From: an uncultured virus (IMG/VR IMGVR_UViG_3300016478_000199)
Taxonomy: Duplodnaviria > Heunggongvirae > Uroviricota > Caudoviricetes
Direction: 5' to 3' (one strand)
DNA length: 64,000 nucleotides
Virus record (IMG/VR): IMGVR_UViG_3300016478_000199
Both the position numbers and the translations under genes were made by a program. Shown here in pieces: positions 9,352 through 18,605 of this stretch. Every line of letters begins with the position of its first letter. The stretch's first letter is position 1. The notes beneath the pieces were generated by a model. The model saw nothing but the letters and a program-made list of their open reading frames with translations. It searched no databases and was not told where the DNA came from.

Positions 9352-10356
9352 GTGAGCGGAAATAAACTGCATGGCCTCGTGCAATGCTCTAACAGCGAGT
9401 ACCACGGCGGCCCCGGCATCAGCAAAAGCATGCTCGATGCAATAGACGTCAGCCCGCTGAATTACTGGGACAAATACATAAACCCCGACCGCGAGCCGGA
9501 AGAATACAAGCACTGCTTTGCTGTAGGCGATGGCACCCACAAGCTGGTGCTGGAGCCGGGCACCTTCGAGCAGACCTATGCTGTCGGATTTGACAAGAGC
9601 GCCCACCCGGACGCCCTGAACACTGTCGACGACATGAAGCAGGAACTTGCCAAGCTCAACGCCATGACCAGCGGCAGCAAGCCTGAGCTGGCCAGGCGTC
9701 TGGTCGAGGAAGAAGGCTTTTCCCGTGACAAGATCCTCATGTACTTGGAGCAGGACTACAACGCCACGCTGGGCAACAAGATCATAATCCCGGCGAAGGA
9801 CTACAAGGACATGCTCGCCATGCTGCGAGCTGTAAACCGCCACCCATGGGCTGGCGGCTTGCTGTCCGGTGCCGAGGTCGAGCAATCATTCTTTGTGACA
9901 CGCACCGTCGCCATCATCGACCACGACACTGGCCAGGTGGTCGGCGAGGAAGAGGTGTTGTGCAAGTGCCGAACCGACGCCATCACTTATGACGGCGGCT
10001 ACATTGTCGACCTGAAGACTACCGACGATGTCAGCCTGGCTGGCTTTGGCGCCACCATTGCGCGTCGCCGTTACGAGGTGCAGGCCGCTTGGTATCTGGA
10101 CATCCTGCGCGAACTGTACGGCCGCGATGCGCCACGAGGCTTTGCCTTCATCGCTGCGCAGAAGTCGCGCCCATACGACGTAGCCGTCCACTACCTGACC
10201 GAGGCTCATATCGAGCGCGGCCGCCAGCTTTACCAGAAGAACCTGAACCGCCTGTTGCTGTGCCAGCACAGGAATGAATGGCCGGGCGCCGATGGTGGCG
10301 ACCTGCTGCAAGCAAAGCTGCCCTATTGGGCTGAACGGGAGTTTGAGTATGCGTGA
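9352..10356 (+). CDS. Exonuclease VIII/RecE-like PD-(D/E)XK nuclease
   Basis: YH..PGISKSML, GDGTH.LVLEP, KCRTD..VDLKTT, YEVQAAWY. Confidence 0.88.
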   Translation: MSGNKLHGLVQCSNSEYHGGPGISKSMLDAIDVSPLNYWDKYINPDREPEEYKHCFAVGDGTHKLVLEPGTFEQTYAVGFDKSAHPDALNTVDDMKQELAKLNAMTSGSKPELARRLVEEEGFSRDKILMYLEQDYNATLGNKIIIPAKDYKDMLAMLRAVNRHPWAGGLLSGAEVEQSFFVTRTVAIIDHDTGQVVGEEEVLCKCRTDAITYDGGYIVDLKTTDDVSLAGFGATIARRRYEVQAAWYLDILRELYGRDAPRGFAFIAAQKSRPYDVAVHYLTEAHIERGRQLYQKNLNRLLLCQHRNEWPGADGGDLLQAKLPYWAEREFEYA

Positions 10357-10930
10357 GCAAGAAGGTGTGGTGGTTCTGGGCTTCGGCCCACAGCCCATTG
10401 ATTTCATCAGCAAGGCCGCCAAACTGTGCGGCAAGAACGCGGTCATGTGCCCAGACACGGCGCGCATGGCTGGCGCCAATATGGCGGCCGGGACGCCTAG
10501 CGAGCTGGCCAAGCTGCGCGCCCGACTGGCGGCCGGCACGCTGGCGATTGCCATGGAAGAGCACGGCGACCAACTCAGCACTAACGCAATCGCCTGGCTG
10601 GCGAATGGCGAGCGCGGTTTGAGCAGCAATACGCTGTTCACCATGACCACCGGCGTCGATGCCGAAGATGGTGACGGCCACAACTACCCGAGAGACCCCG
10701 CTGACCTGCGCCGTTGTCGCCTTTTGCTCGACCAGTGCCCCGAACTGGTCAGCTGTCTACCGCGCGTCGCCGCTGCCGGCCCTGAGTGGGCTGCCTTGGT
10801 CGCTCGCTGGGACGAGGTCTGCGCCCTAATGAACGAAGAGTCCCCCGAGTGGCGCGACGGACGCGGCAGCGCACCGAAGACTTACAAGCTGATGAAAGAC
10901 ATCTTCAGCAGCGCAAAAACCAACCAATAA
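10349..10930 (+). CDS. Phage hypothetical protein
   Basis: MREQEG...; WLANGERGLSS and YPRDPADLRRC motifs; overlaps upstream stop. Confidence 0.75.
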   Translation: MREQEGVVVLGFGPQPIDFISKAAKLCGKNAVMCPDTARMAGANMAAGTPSELAKLRARLAAGTLAIAMEEHGDQLSTNAIAWLANGERGLSSNTLFTMTTGVDAEDGDGHNYPRDPADLRRCRLLLDQCPELVSCLPRVAAAGPEWAALVARWDEVCALMNEESPEWRDGRGSAPKTYKLMKDIFSSAKTNQ

Positions 10931-10944
10931 GCAGGGAAACAACC

Positions 10945-12185
10945 ATGCGTATCGCACAAGTCAAGATCAACTCCATCCTGGGAATCAATGAACTGGAGTT
11001 CACCCCGGAAGGCTTCAACGAGATCAGTGGCCCGAACGGCGCCGGCAAGACCAGCGTTCTGGAAGCGATCAAGGCCGTGGTCACCGGCGGCCATGACGCC
11101 ACACTGCTGCGCAAGGGCGCAGAAAAGGGCGAAGTGGTGCTGGTGCTCGACGACGGAACACAGATCAGCAAGCGCGTCACGCCGAAAAGCAGTCCAGTCG
11201 AAGTGCTGCAGGAAGGCAAAAAGGTTCAGCGCCCCACCGACGTGATCAAGTCGTTGACTGACCTGTTGTCGGTAAACCCGGTGGACTTCCTGCGCGCTCG
11301 CAAAGCCGACCGTGTCAAGGTGCTGCTCGAAACGATGCCGCTGGAGGTTGACGCCGAGAAACTGTCGAAGCTGTCCGGCATCCCGGTGCATGTTGATCCT
11401 GGCACCCATGCACTTGGCGTTATCGATAGCGTGCGCAAGCAGGTGTTCGATGACCGCACCGGCACCAATCGCGCCGTTAAGGAGAAGGACGCAACGATCA
11501 ACCAGCTGCGCCTGGCCATGCCCGATGCCCCGGGTGGCGTCGATGGCAGCGAGGACGAGCTGCGCGAGCAGGTGACCGTGGCCACCGAGAACCGTGATGC
11601 GGAGCTGGAGCGCATTCGCACGAAGCTGGACGGCATCAAGGCAGAGAACCTGGGCAAGATCGAAGGCATCCGCGCCGAGTGCCAGCGGCAAATCGATGAG
11701 ATCAAAGCCAAGGCACTCGCCGAGGTCGAAGCCATCCAGGCGGCTGAGCGCGAGATCGAGGGCAAGGCCGCGCTGCAACGCGAGAAGACCATCCAGAAAC
11801 ACACGGAAACCGTGGCGCCGCTCAACCAGGCCATCGAGGCAATCAAGACCAACCGCAGCGCGCACGCGAAGCGCGAGCAAGCGATGGAAACCATCGAGCA
11901 GATGGAGAAGGAACTTGAAGGCCTGCAGGATGATGCCANNNNNNNNNNNNNNNNNNNNNNNNNNNNNNNNNNNNNNNNNNNNNNNNNNNNNNNNNNNNNN
12001 NNNNNNNNNNNNNNNNNNNNNNNNNNNNNNNNNNNNNNNNNNNNNNNNNNNNNNNNNNNNNNNNNNNNNNNNNNNNNNNNNNNNNNNNNNNNNNNNNNNN
12101 NNNNNNNNNNNNNNNNNNNNNNNNNCTGCAGCTGTTCGTCACCCGCGTTTCCGATGAACAATTTCAAGTAAAAACCAGCGCATAA
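10945..12185 (+). CDS. SMC/Rad50-like AAA ATPase (spans N gap)
   Basis: GPNGAGKTS Walker A, long coiled coil; after the gap LQLFVTRVSD...KTSA* in a different frame, so gap length is probably imprecise. Confidence 0.8.
11939..12125. other. Assembly gap (N run)
   Basis: 187 N. Confidence 1.
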
Positions 12186-12229
12186 GCCTATTATTTGAGT
12201 ATAATCAGGCAACACCCCCACAGGAGAAC

Positions 12230-13300
12230 GTGATGTCTCAAGAACTGATGCAAGCCGGTCAGCAAACTCCGGCGTTCCTGCAGCGCAATACCATGCCAAG
12301 CACCGCCAACGTGGGCGCCGTTACTATCGAGGTGGAACGTGCGGTCGCCGAGGCAAAGGGCCAGATGCAGCTGGCCAAGATGTTCCCCCGCGACCTGAAC
12401 AGCGCCTATGCCGAGCTGATGGAAGCCTGCAAACTGCAGGCCCTGGCTCAGGTCGCGTTCTACTCGGTACCGCAAGGCGGCCAGAAGGTCACCGGCCCCA
12501 GCATCCGCCTGGCCGAGGAAATTGCCCGCGTCTACGGCAACTTCGAGTTTGGCCACCGCGAACTGTCCCGCATCGAGGCAGGCCCAGGGTCTAAAGACTT
12601 CGGTCGCTCCGAGATCGAGGTTTATGCCTGGGACAAGCAGACCAACAACCGCAGCATCCGCCAGATCACCGTCCTGCACGTGATGGACACCAAGGAAGGC
12701 CCGCGCAAGCTGCGCGACCAGAAGGACATCGACAACAAGATCGCCAACGTGGCCAGCAAGCAGGCGCGCGGACGCATCCTGGCGATGATGCCGAAGTGGA
12801 TGGTCGAGGCCGCCATCGAAGAGTGCAAGAAGACCCTGGCCGGCAACAACAACGAGCCGCTGTCGGTGCGTGCTCGCAAGATGACCCAGGCCTTCGCCTC
12901 CTACGGCGTCACCACCGAGCACTTGGAGCGTTACCTGGGGCACTCGCTCGATACCATCCTGCTCGACGAGCTTGCCGACCTGACCGGCGTCTTCAACGCC
13001 CTGCGCGAAGGCACCGCCCCGTCCGAGTTCTTCGGCGAAGCCGAGAAGGAAGATACTGCCGTCAAGACGGCTGAAGACTTGGCAAAGTCCGCACAGGCTG
13101 GTGCTGCAGTCGGCAAGCGTGCCCCGCGTGCCGCCGCAAAGCCTGCCGCCGAGCCGAAGCCTGAACCCGAGCCAGAGAGCAAGGCTGCGGAAAACAACAG
13201 CAATCCTGCTGAAGAAACCGCACAGGAAGTCACCGAAAGTCCTGATCAGCCGGCGGAAGACGCCCCGGCCGACAAACAGGCGGAAGACGACGTCTTCTGA
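12230..13300 (+). CDS. Conserved phage protein, possible ssDNA-annealing partner
   Basis: AKMFPRD, GPSIRLAEE motifs; low-complexity linker and acidic tail EDDVF; in the recombination operon. Confidence 0.6.
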   Translation: MMSQELMQAGQQTPAFLQRNTMPSTANVGAVTIEVERAVAEAKGQMQLAKMFPRDLNSAYAELMEACKLQALAQVAFYSVPQGGQKVTGPSIRLAEEIARVYGNFEFGHRELSRIEAGPGSKDFGRSEIEVYAWDKQTNNRSIRQITVLHVMDTKEGPRKLRDQKDIDNKIANVASKQARGRILAMMPKWMVEAAIEECKKTLAGNNNEPLSVRARKMTQAFASYGVTTEHLERYLGHSLDTILLDELADLTGVFNALREGTAPSEFFGEAEKEDTAVKTAEDLAKSAQAGAAVGKRAPRAAAKPAAEPKPEPEPESKAAENNSNPAEETAQEVTESPDQPAEDAPADKQAEDDVF

Positions 13301-13332
13301 CCAAGGGCAACACCTGGCCACGGAAGGCTGAA

Positions 13333-13548
13333 ATGCACGAGAAAAAGTTCCTGACGCCAAAGGAGCTATCGGATCGCTGGGGCGGGCGGATCACCACCCG
13401 TACCCTGGCGAACTGGAGAAGCACCCAGTCAGGCCCACTGTTCGTAAAAATCGGCGGCGGGATCCTCTACAGGATCACCGACGTCGAAGAATACGAGAAA
13501 CGCAACACCGTTACATCGACAAGCCAATATCGCGGCACGTCCGCATAG
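13333..13548 (+). CDS. Excisionase/AlpA-like HTH protein
   Basis: FLTPKELSDRW..TLANWRS..GP.FVKIGG..YRITDV. Confidence 0.85.
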   Translation: MHEKKFLTPKELSDRWGGRITTRTLANWRSTQSGPLFVKIGGGILYRITDVEEYEKRNTVTSTSQYRGTSA

Positions 13549-13556
13549 GAGAAACA

Positions 13557-13835
13557 ATGAGCATCAACACCAAAGTCCTGATCGACCTCGTCAGTGCTGA
13601 AACCGACCTCCCCAAAGCTGACGTGAAGCGCGTCTTCGACAGCCTTGCCAACCAGATCGGCAAAGGCCTCAGCGACAAGGGCGAAGTCAACCTGGCCAAC
13701 ATCGGCAAGTTCAAGGCCAGCTACAAGGCCGCACGCACTGGGCGCAATCCGCAGACCGGCGAAGCTGTCGAGATCCCGGCCCGCACCGCCGTGAAACTTA
13801 CCGTGGCCAAAACCCTGAAAGAAGCGGTCAACTGA
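13557..13835 (+). CDS. HU family DNA-binding protein
   Basis: IGKF...AARTGRNPQTGEAVEIPA signature; terminator hairpin at 13854-13878. Confidence 0.93.
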   Translation: MSINTKVLIDLVSAETDLPKADVKRVFDSLANQIGKGLSDKGEVNLANIGKFKASYKAARTGRNPQTGEAVEIPARTAVKLTVAKTLKEAVN

Positions 13836-13914
13836 TCACGCCTGGCACTGCACAGAGAGGGGCCGCTGGCCCCTCTTTCCATGTGCCCGGCATAGCCCGA
13901 CAGGAGAAAGGAAC

Positions 13915-14307
13915 GTGAAAACGCCCGAGCAAGCGCTGGCCGAGATCCGGCGCATTGTGAGCAAATGGCTTACCGACACCACCACCGACAACGCGCAGAC
14001 CCTGCAGATCATAGCGGCCGCGCTGATTGAGCCAGTGGAAGCAACCGCAGAGACTGTTGAAGAACTGCGAGCCACCATCAGTCGACTGTCCAATGAAAAC
14101 AGCGTCCTGGCCCGCAGCCTGGCCGAGCAGACCGCTAAGCTGGATGCCCTGCGCAGTCGGCTGGAGATTTGCACCTACCCAACCAAGAAAGAAGGCGTCG
14201 ACGTCAGCTTCGACGGTGAGCACCGCATCGAGAGCGGCGGAATTGGCCAGAACGGCAACAATGCAGAGCACTATGGAGTGCTGGCTACCACTCAGTCTGT
14301 GCCGTGA
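13915..14307 (+). CDS. Hypothetical coiled-coil protein
   Basis: 130 aa, AGGAGAAAGG RBS. Confidence 0.65.
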   Translation: MKTPEQALAEIRRIVSKWLTDTTTDNAQTLQIIAAALIEPVEATAETVEELRATISRLSNENSVLARSLAEQTAKLDALRSRLEICTYPTKKEGVDVSFDGEHRIESGGIGQNGNNAEHYGVLATTQSVP

Positions 14308-14340
14308 GCTGCGAGCTGGCCCATACCACGCCATAACCTC

Positions 14341-14529
14341 CCCAAAACTACAGCGGCGCGGCGCCGACCAGTTCACCTATGGCTATCCCTTACATGTCAT
14401 AAGGCCCAAGGCAGTCAATGGAGTCATCCGGTGGTTTTCGACGAGTCTGCGGTTTTCCGCGAGGACGCAGCCAAGTGGCTGTATACGGCCATCACCCGGG
14501 CAGCCGATAAGGTCACGGTGATCGTTTAG
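14341..14529 (+). pseudogene. Frameshifted C-terminal fragment of a RecD-like SF1 helicase
   Basis: FTYGYPL then, after a frameshift, TCHKAQGSQW..VVFDESAVFREDAAKWLYTAITRAADKVTVIV*. Confidence 0.8.
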
Positions 14530-14530
14530 C

Positions 14531-14976
14531 CTGCGCCCGAACCTGCGCCCGAAGCCAGAAAGTCGGGCGCAGAGCCTGGCGACGATGGGCGGCCAGGTTC
14601 ACTCCGCTTCACGCTCCATATCCCTTGTTTGCTTTGGTTCCCGCCGATTCTTGCGCCCTATCTGCGCCCGAAAGCCTTGCCGCGCAACGGAATGCGCCCG
14701 ATTGACAGAGGCTCTTCCGGTGTGCAAAGCGTTGTTCTGTAAGGGTTTTTGGAAGGAGAAAATGGCGCGCCCGAAAGGATTCGAACCTCTGACCCCCAGA
14801 TTCGTAGTCTTTTTGGCCAAGGTTCTCGCTTTTTCACCGTTGATCATTTATGATAATACTTACAACGGGTTAGCAGCGAGACGCGCTACCGCTTGATCCC
14901 CCAAAATCACGCCCGGCCACTGATTTTTGCGCCCGACCTGCGCCCGAAATCATGGCCGCGATCAGAGCACCAGACT
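14531..14976. other. Putative attP: tRNA-Arg core flanked by arm-type repeats
   Basis: TGCGCCC(G/T)A copies near 14532, 14544, 14563 (inverted), 14652, 14663, 14693, 14928, 14939, on both sides of a tRNA 3' half and directly upstream of the integrase. Confidence 0.75.
14763..14810 (-). tRNA. 3' half of tRNA-Arg(ACG), fragment (att core)
   Basis: Minus strand AGA-CTACGAA-TCTGG-GGGTC-AGAGG-TTCGAAT-CCTTT-CGGGCGC-G-CCA; no contiguous 5' half. Confidence 0.85.
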
Positions 14977-15017
14977 GGCCTTACCCGGCGGCGCTCAATG
15001 ACAAAAAGGTGATGAAA

Positions 15018-16415
15018 ATGCCGAAACTGACAAAGACGATTGTGGATAACCTGAAGGCGCCAGCCGGTGGTGATGCCTGGGTATGGGACAGCGAAGTCGA
15101 AGGCTTTGGCGTCCGCATCCAGGCAAGCGGGCGCAAGACCTACGTGGTGCGCTACCGCACCAAGGACGCCAGCCGCACCCAACGCAAGCTGACCCTGTGC
15201 CGCTGCAGCGACATGCCGCCGGACAAGGCCCGCGAGCAGGCCCGCAAGGTGTTCGCCCAGGTAGCTGAGGGCATAGACCCGGCCGCCGAGCGCAAGCCGG
15301 CCAAGGAGAAGACCACCAAGGCCACGGTGGAGAACCTGTTCAAGGGCTACGTGGCCAGCCTGCAGGCCAAAGGCCGGGCCAGCGCCAGCGAGGTCGAGCG
15401 GCAGCTGCTGAAGGCCAAGGACAATGCAGCAGATGCCCTTGGCCGCGACCGGGCGGCCGCCGACGTGGTGCCGCAAGACGTCGTTGCCTATGTGTCCGGC
15501 TTCTTCAAGCGCGGCAAGCGCGGAGCTGCCGACAAAGCCCGCAGCTACATCGCCAGCGCCTACGCCTGGGGCATTGCATCGGCAAACGACTACACGGTCG
15601 AGCATCGGCAGGACTGGGGCATCGTGCGCAATCCGGCCGCTGACGTGGCCAAGGATACCGGCGCTATCCAGGCCCGCGACCGCAACCTGCAGGCTGACGA
15701 GATCCGCCAGCTGTGGGAAGCCACCTTGTCGCCTGATGGGGGCTTTGGCGAGACGGGCGCCTGCGTCCGACTACTGATTGCCTGCGGCCAGCGCGTGCAG
15801 GAGACCCTTCGCATCGAAGGTGCCGAGGTCGACCTTGCCGCGAAGGTGTGGCGCATGCCAGCGCACAAGACCAAGGGACGCAAGCGCCCGCATGCCATCC
15901 CCTTACCGGCAGTGATCATGCCCACGCTTGAGCTGCTGGTTGCCCGCCATGGCGACGGCCCGCTCTTCCCCGGGAGATCCGGCAGCGGCGAATATCTGCT
16001 GTGCCATCGCAGCGTCAACCAGGCCATCGGCCGATGGCTGGATCGCCAGGACGTGAACGTCGAGCACTTACAGACCCGCGACCTGCGACGGACTTGGAAG
16101 TCGCGCAGCCATGACGCAGGGATGGACAGATTCACCCGAGACCTTATCCAGCAGCATGCTCGTGGAGGCGATACAGGAAGCAAACATTATGATCGTGCCG
16201 ACTATTTTGGTAGCATGCGATCAGAAATGAATAAATGGAGTAATTACCTTGAGCAAATCCTTGGCATACACGACACGGTCTCAAGCAAAGTCGTTGGGAT
16301 TGTTGAGGTACTACACGGGAAAGCCTTGCATTCAGGGGCACATAGCGGATCGATACACGTCAACGGGCCAGTGCACTGCATGCCTGAAGTTGCAAACAAC
16401 AGCGTGGCGACTTGA
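15018..16415 (+). CDS. int: Tyrosine integrase with N-terminal arm-binding domain
   Basis: WDSEVEGFGVRI..SGRKTY arm domain; GQRVQE (R), RDLRRT, QQH, KHYDR (Y). Confidence 0.93.
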   Translation: MPKLTKTIVDNLKAPAGGDAWVWDSEVEGFGVRIQASGRKTYVVRYRTKDASRTQRKLTLCRCSDMPPDKAREQARKVFAQVAEGIDPAAERKPAKEKTTKATVENLFKGYVASLQAKGRASASEVERQLLKAKDNAADALGRDRAAADVVPQDVVAYVSGFFKRGKRGAADKARSYIASAYAWGIASANDYTVEHRQDWGIVRNPAADVAKDTGAIQARDRNLQADEIRQLWEATLSPDGGFGETGACVRLLIACGQRVQETLRIEGAEVDLAAKVWRMPAHKTKGRKRPHAIPLPAVIMPTLELLVARHGDGPLFPGRSGSGEYLLCHRSVNQAIGRWLDRQDVNVEHLQTRDLRRTWKSRSHDAGMDRFTRDLIQQHARGGDTGSKHYDRADYFGSMRSEMNKWSNYLEQILGIHDTVSSKVVGIVEVLHGKALHSGAHSGSIHVNGPVHCMPEVANNSVAT

Positions 16416-16992
16416 TAACAAGGAGAAAGCCTATGCAAGCACAAGGCGCTGGCTTGAGCGTCAGCCAAAAAAAGAAAGAAAGACCAAGCCAAAAAAAACT
16501 CGTCAAGAGATATTGAGAAAGCACGCATTGAAGAAGCGCGGCTTTCCCAATGCAAACACTTCTATTTTCTGCATTCCAATCGATCCGAAAGTTCGCTGGG
16601 AAATTTATTACTGGAGAAAGAAAGGCCAGATCGCTGAAAATCAAAGGCTATACAGAGAGAAAAATCGTGAGCGCCTGAAAGCGGCATGGGTGGAATGGTA
16701 CTCAAATAATAGAGTGAGCCAGATCGAAAGAGCCGCCATGCGAAGAAAGAAGGTAATTGACGCAACGCCATCGTGGCTGACTTCTGAACATAGACAGCAG
16801 ATTAGCGCCATATATTTCTTGTCAGTACAGATGACCGAGGAAACAGGTATCAAGCACGAGGTAGACCACATTGTACCAATTAGCGGAAAGCTGGTTTGCG
16901 GGTTGCATGTTCCGTGGAACATGAGAGTCATACCAAAGCTGGAGAATATCAGAAAAAGCAACAAGCTCTGCCAGACACTGGCCGTCGCGTGA
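16249..16992 (+). CDS. HNH endonuclease
   Basis: YYTGKPC..GH..RY....C..C; ATPSWL; HEVDHIVPISGKLVCGLHVPWNM....N..KSNK; AT-rich; terminator at 17011-17038. Confidence 0.9.
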   Translation: MSKSLAYTTRSQAKSLGLLRYYTGKPCIQGHIADRYTSTGQCTACLKLQTTAWRLDNKEKAYASTRRWLERQPKKERKTKPKKTRQEILRKHALKKRGFPNANTSIFCIPIDPKVRWEIYYWRKKGQIAENQRLYREKNRERLKAAWVEWYSNNRVSQIERAAMRRKKVIDATPSWLTSEHRQQISAIYFLSVQMTEETGIKHEVDHIVPISGKLVCGLHVPWNMRVIPKLENIRKSNKLCQTLAVA

Positions 16993-17058
16993 AGCAAGAA
17001 TAACCGCCAGGCGCCGGGATCAACCGGCGCCGTTTTTATGACCATAGGGAGGCCAGAC

Positions 17059-17289
17059 ATGGCTGATGAAGATCGCGCGCAGGAGGTCGAGCTGCGCGAA
17101 TGGGAACGCAACAATTCACGGGTACCGGGTCAGGTGCGCTTCAAACCGGACGAGTCTGGGTATGGCCCTGAGTTTTGCCAGGTGGAGACTTGCGGGATGG
17201 AGCTGCCTGTTCAGCGCCGCGAATGGGGCTTCACGATCTGCTTTGATTGCAAGCGCCTCGCAGAAGAGCGCGCCGGCCGATTGCGCTAG
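17059..17289 (+). CDS. TraR/DksA C4 zinc-finger protein
   Basis: MADEDRAQE N-terminus, C..C...RR....C..C; GGGAGG RBS. Confidence 0.8.
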   Translation: MADEDRAQEVELREWERNNSRVPGQVRFKPDESGYGPEFCQVETCGMELPVQRREWGFTICFDCKRLAEERAGRLR

Positions 17290-17576
17290 GGCTTTGCCGG
17301 CTGCTTGAGCGTCTTGCAGCCGGCTGCAGCTGCCTCCCAGTCGGTTCCATACTGCTCGGCTTTCTCGAAGTCGTCGGCCAGGATCATTGCAGCAGCCTTG
17401 TCGCCTGGCCACTCGCCTTTGCCGAATCCGTATACCGGCCGGGCCGGGTACTTCTCGATGCACGGAACTGCCACCGGAACCTTTACCTCGACAACCTTCT
17501 GCTCAGGCTCCAGACGGCCTGCACAGCCCGCCAGCGTGATGATCGCGCCAAAGATGACCCAACGTACTGCCTTCAC
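17286..17576 (-). CDS. Outer-membrane spanin (Rz1-like lipoprotein)
   Basis: Lipobox LAGC, VKVPVAVPC, Pro-rich; last gene of the lysis cassette. Confidence 0.8.
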   Translation of the reverse strand: MKAVRWVIFGAIITLAGCAGRLEPEQKVVEVKVPVAVPCIEKYPARPVYGFGKGEWPGDKAAAMILADDFEKAEQYGTDWEAAAAGCKTLKQPAKP

Positions 17577-17929
17577 TTGCGAAGCTCCCAGTAGGCCTTC
17601 AGGACTTGCTCTGACGTCTCGGCCATGAACTGCTCCAACTTATCCATGCGCGACTTGCTGAATGCGGCCAGCGCGGCAGCGTGCTGCTCTGCCTGTGCCT
17701 GTGCATGCGCAGCAGACTCGGTCTTGGCTTGGGCGACGGCGACGTTCTTGTTCTGCTCGGCAATGGCCAGTTCGAGCTGGGCTTTCTCAGCAGTCAGGGT
17801 GGCGATCTGCGCATGCAGCTGAGTAGTGACCTGCCCACAAGCTGCGTCGGCCTTCCACGTGGCGGCCAGGCCAGCAAGCGCGGCGCAGATTGCACCAGCG
17901 ATGACGGCGACAATGACGTAGGTTTTCAC
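17573..17929 (-). CDS. Inner-membrane spanin (Rz-like)
   Basis: GTG start MKTYVIVAVIAG, N-terminal TM followed by Ala-rich coiled coil. Confidence 0.75.
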   Translation of the reverse strand: MKTYVIVAVIAGAICAALAGLAATWKADAACGQVTTQLHAQIATLTAEKAQLELAIAEQNKNVAVAQAKTESAAHAQAQAEQHAAALAAFSKSRMDKLEQFMAETSEQVLKAYWELRK

Positions 17930-18384
17930 TGAATGATCTCCAGGCTGATCGGCGCCAGCTCGGCGTACTGGTCTCGGCCGACGAGGTTGTCCTGAAAGCG
18001 CAAGGTGTTGACGTAGGAATAGCTGCCAGGTGGTAGCGGAGGAATCCTGAACGCATAACTGCCGGCGGCGCACCCCTTGCTGACCTCGATCAGGCCGTTG
18101 CTAAGAGCGTACAACACGCCGTCTGCACTGCGCAGAGATGGGAAATACTCGATACCGACGTCGCGGGTGGCGCACCACGTTCGGCTGACCTTGACCACCT
18201 CGCCAGCACGGAAATGCTGCTCGACCTGACCTGAAAGGCCCTGCAAGACCGGATCATGCGCTGTCACCGGCGTCCCACCGAAGAGGACAAGCCACCACAT
18301 GGTTATGGTCGACAGAAACAGCGCACCCAGGTAGCAGCAGGCAAGGAAAATGGCGACTTCGCGCCGGTTCATAGTGATCGTCAT
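17926..18384 (-). CDS. Membrane-anchored lysis-region protein
   Basis: One N-terminal TM plus a beta-rich domain with 2 Cys; coupled to neighbours. Confidence 0.6.
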   Translation of the reverse strand: MTITMNRREVAIFLACCYLGALFLSTITMWWLVLFGGTPVTAHDPVLQGLSGQVEQHFRAGEVVKVSRTWCATRDVGIEYFPSLRSADGVLYALSNGLIEVSKGCAAGSYAFRIPPLPPGSYSYVNTLRFQDNLVGRDQYAELAPISLEIIQ

Positions 18385-18605
18385 TGCACGATTACCTTGG
18401 CCAGAATGGCCATCAAAACCGACGACATGACCGCCGTAGCCATGCCGTAGGCGATCATTTTGACCGGCGCGAACTCGGCACGAGTAATGAACTCTTCGAT
18501 GTCACCCTGCATGGCCTTCATCTGCTCCTGCAGCCGCACCATGTTGGTGTTGCAGTCGGACAGGTCTTTCTCCAGCTTGCGAAGCTCTGCGCGATCAATA
18601 TCCAT
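18381..18605 (-). CDS. Small coiled-coil + C-terminal TM protein (holin/XhlA-like)
   Basis: MDIDRAELRK...ITRAEFAPVK + hydrophobic tail. Confidence 0.6.
   Translation of the reverse strand: MDIDRAELRKLEKDLSDCNTNMVRLQEQMKAMQGDIEEFITRAEFAPVKMIAYGMATAVMSSVLMAILAKVIVQ

Noticed and set aside
11939..12185. Frameshift in the SMC-like ATPase
   Set aside because: The frame change coincides with the N gap, whose length is probably an estimate
14531..14948. TGCGCCCGA repeats as a CRISPR array
   Set aside because: Repeats only 9-11 bp, irregular spacing, mixed orientation, no cas genes; fit integrase arm sites better
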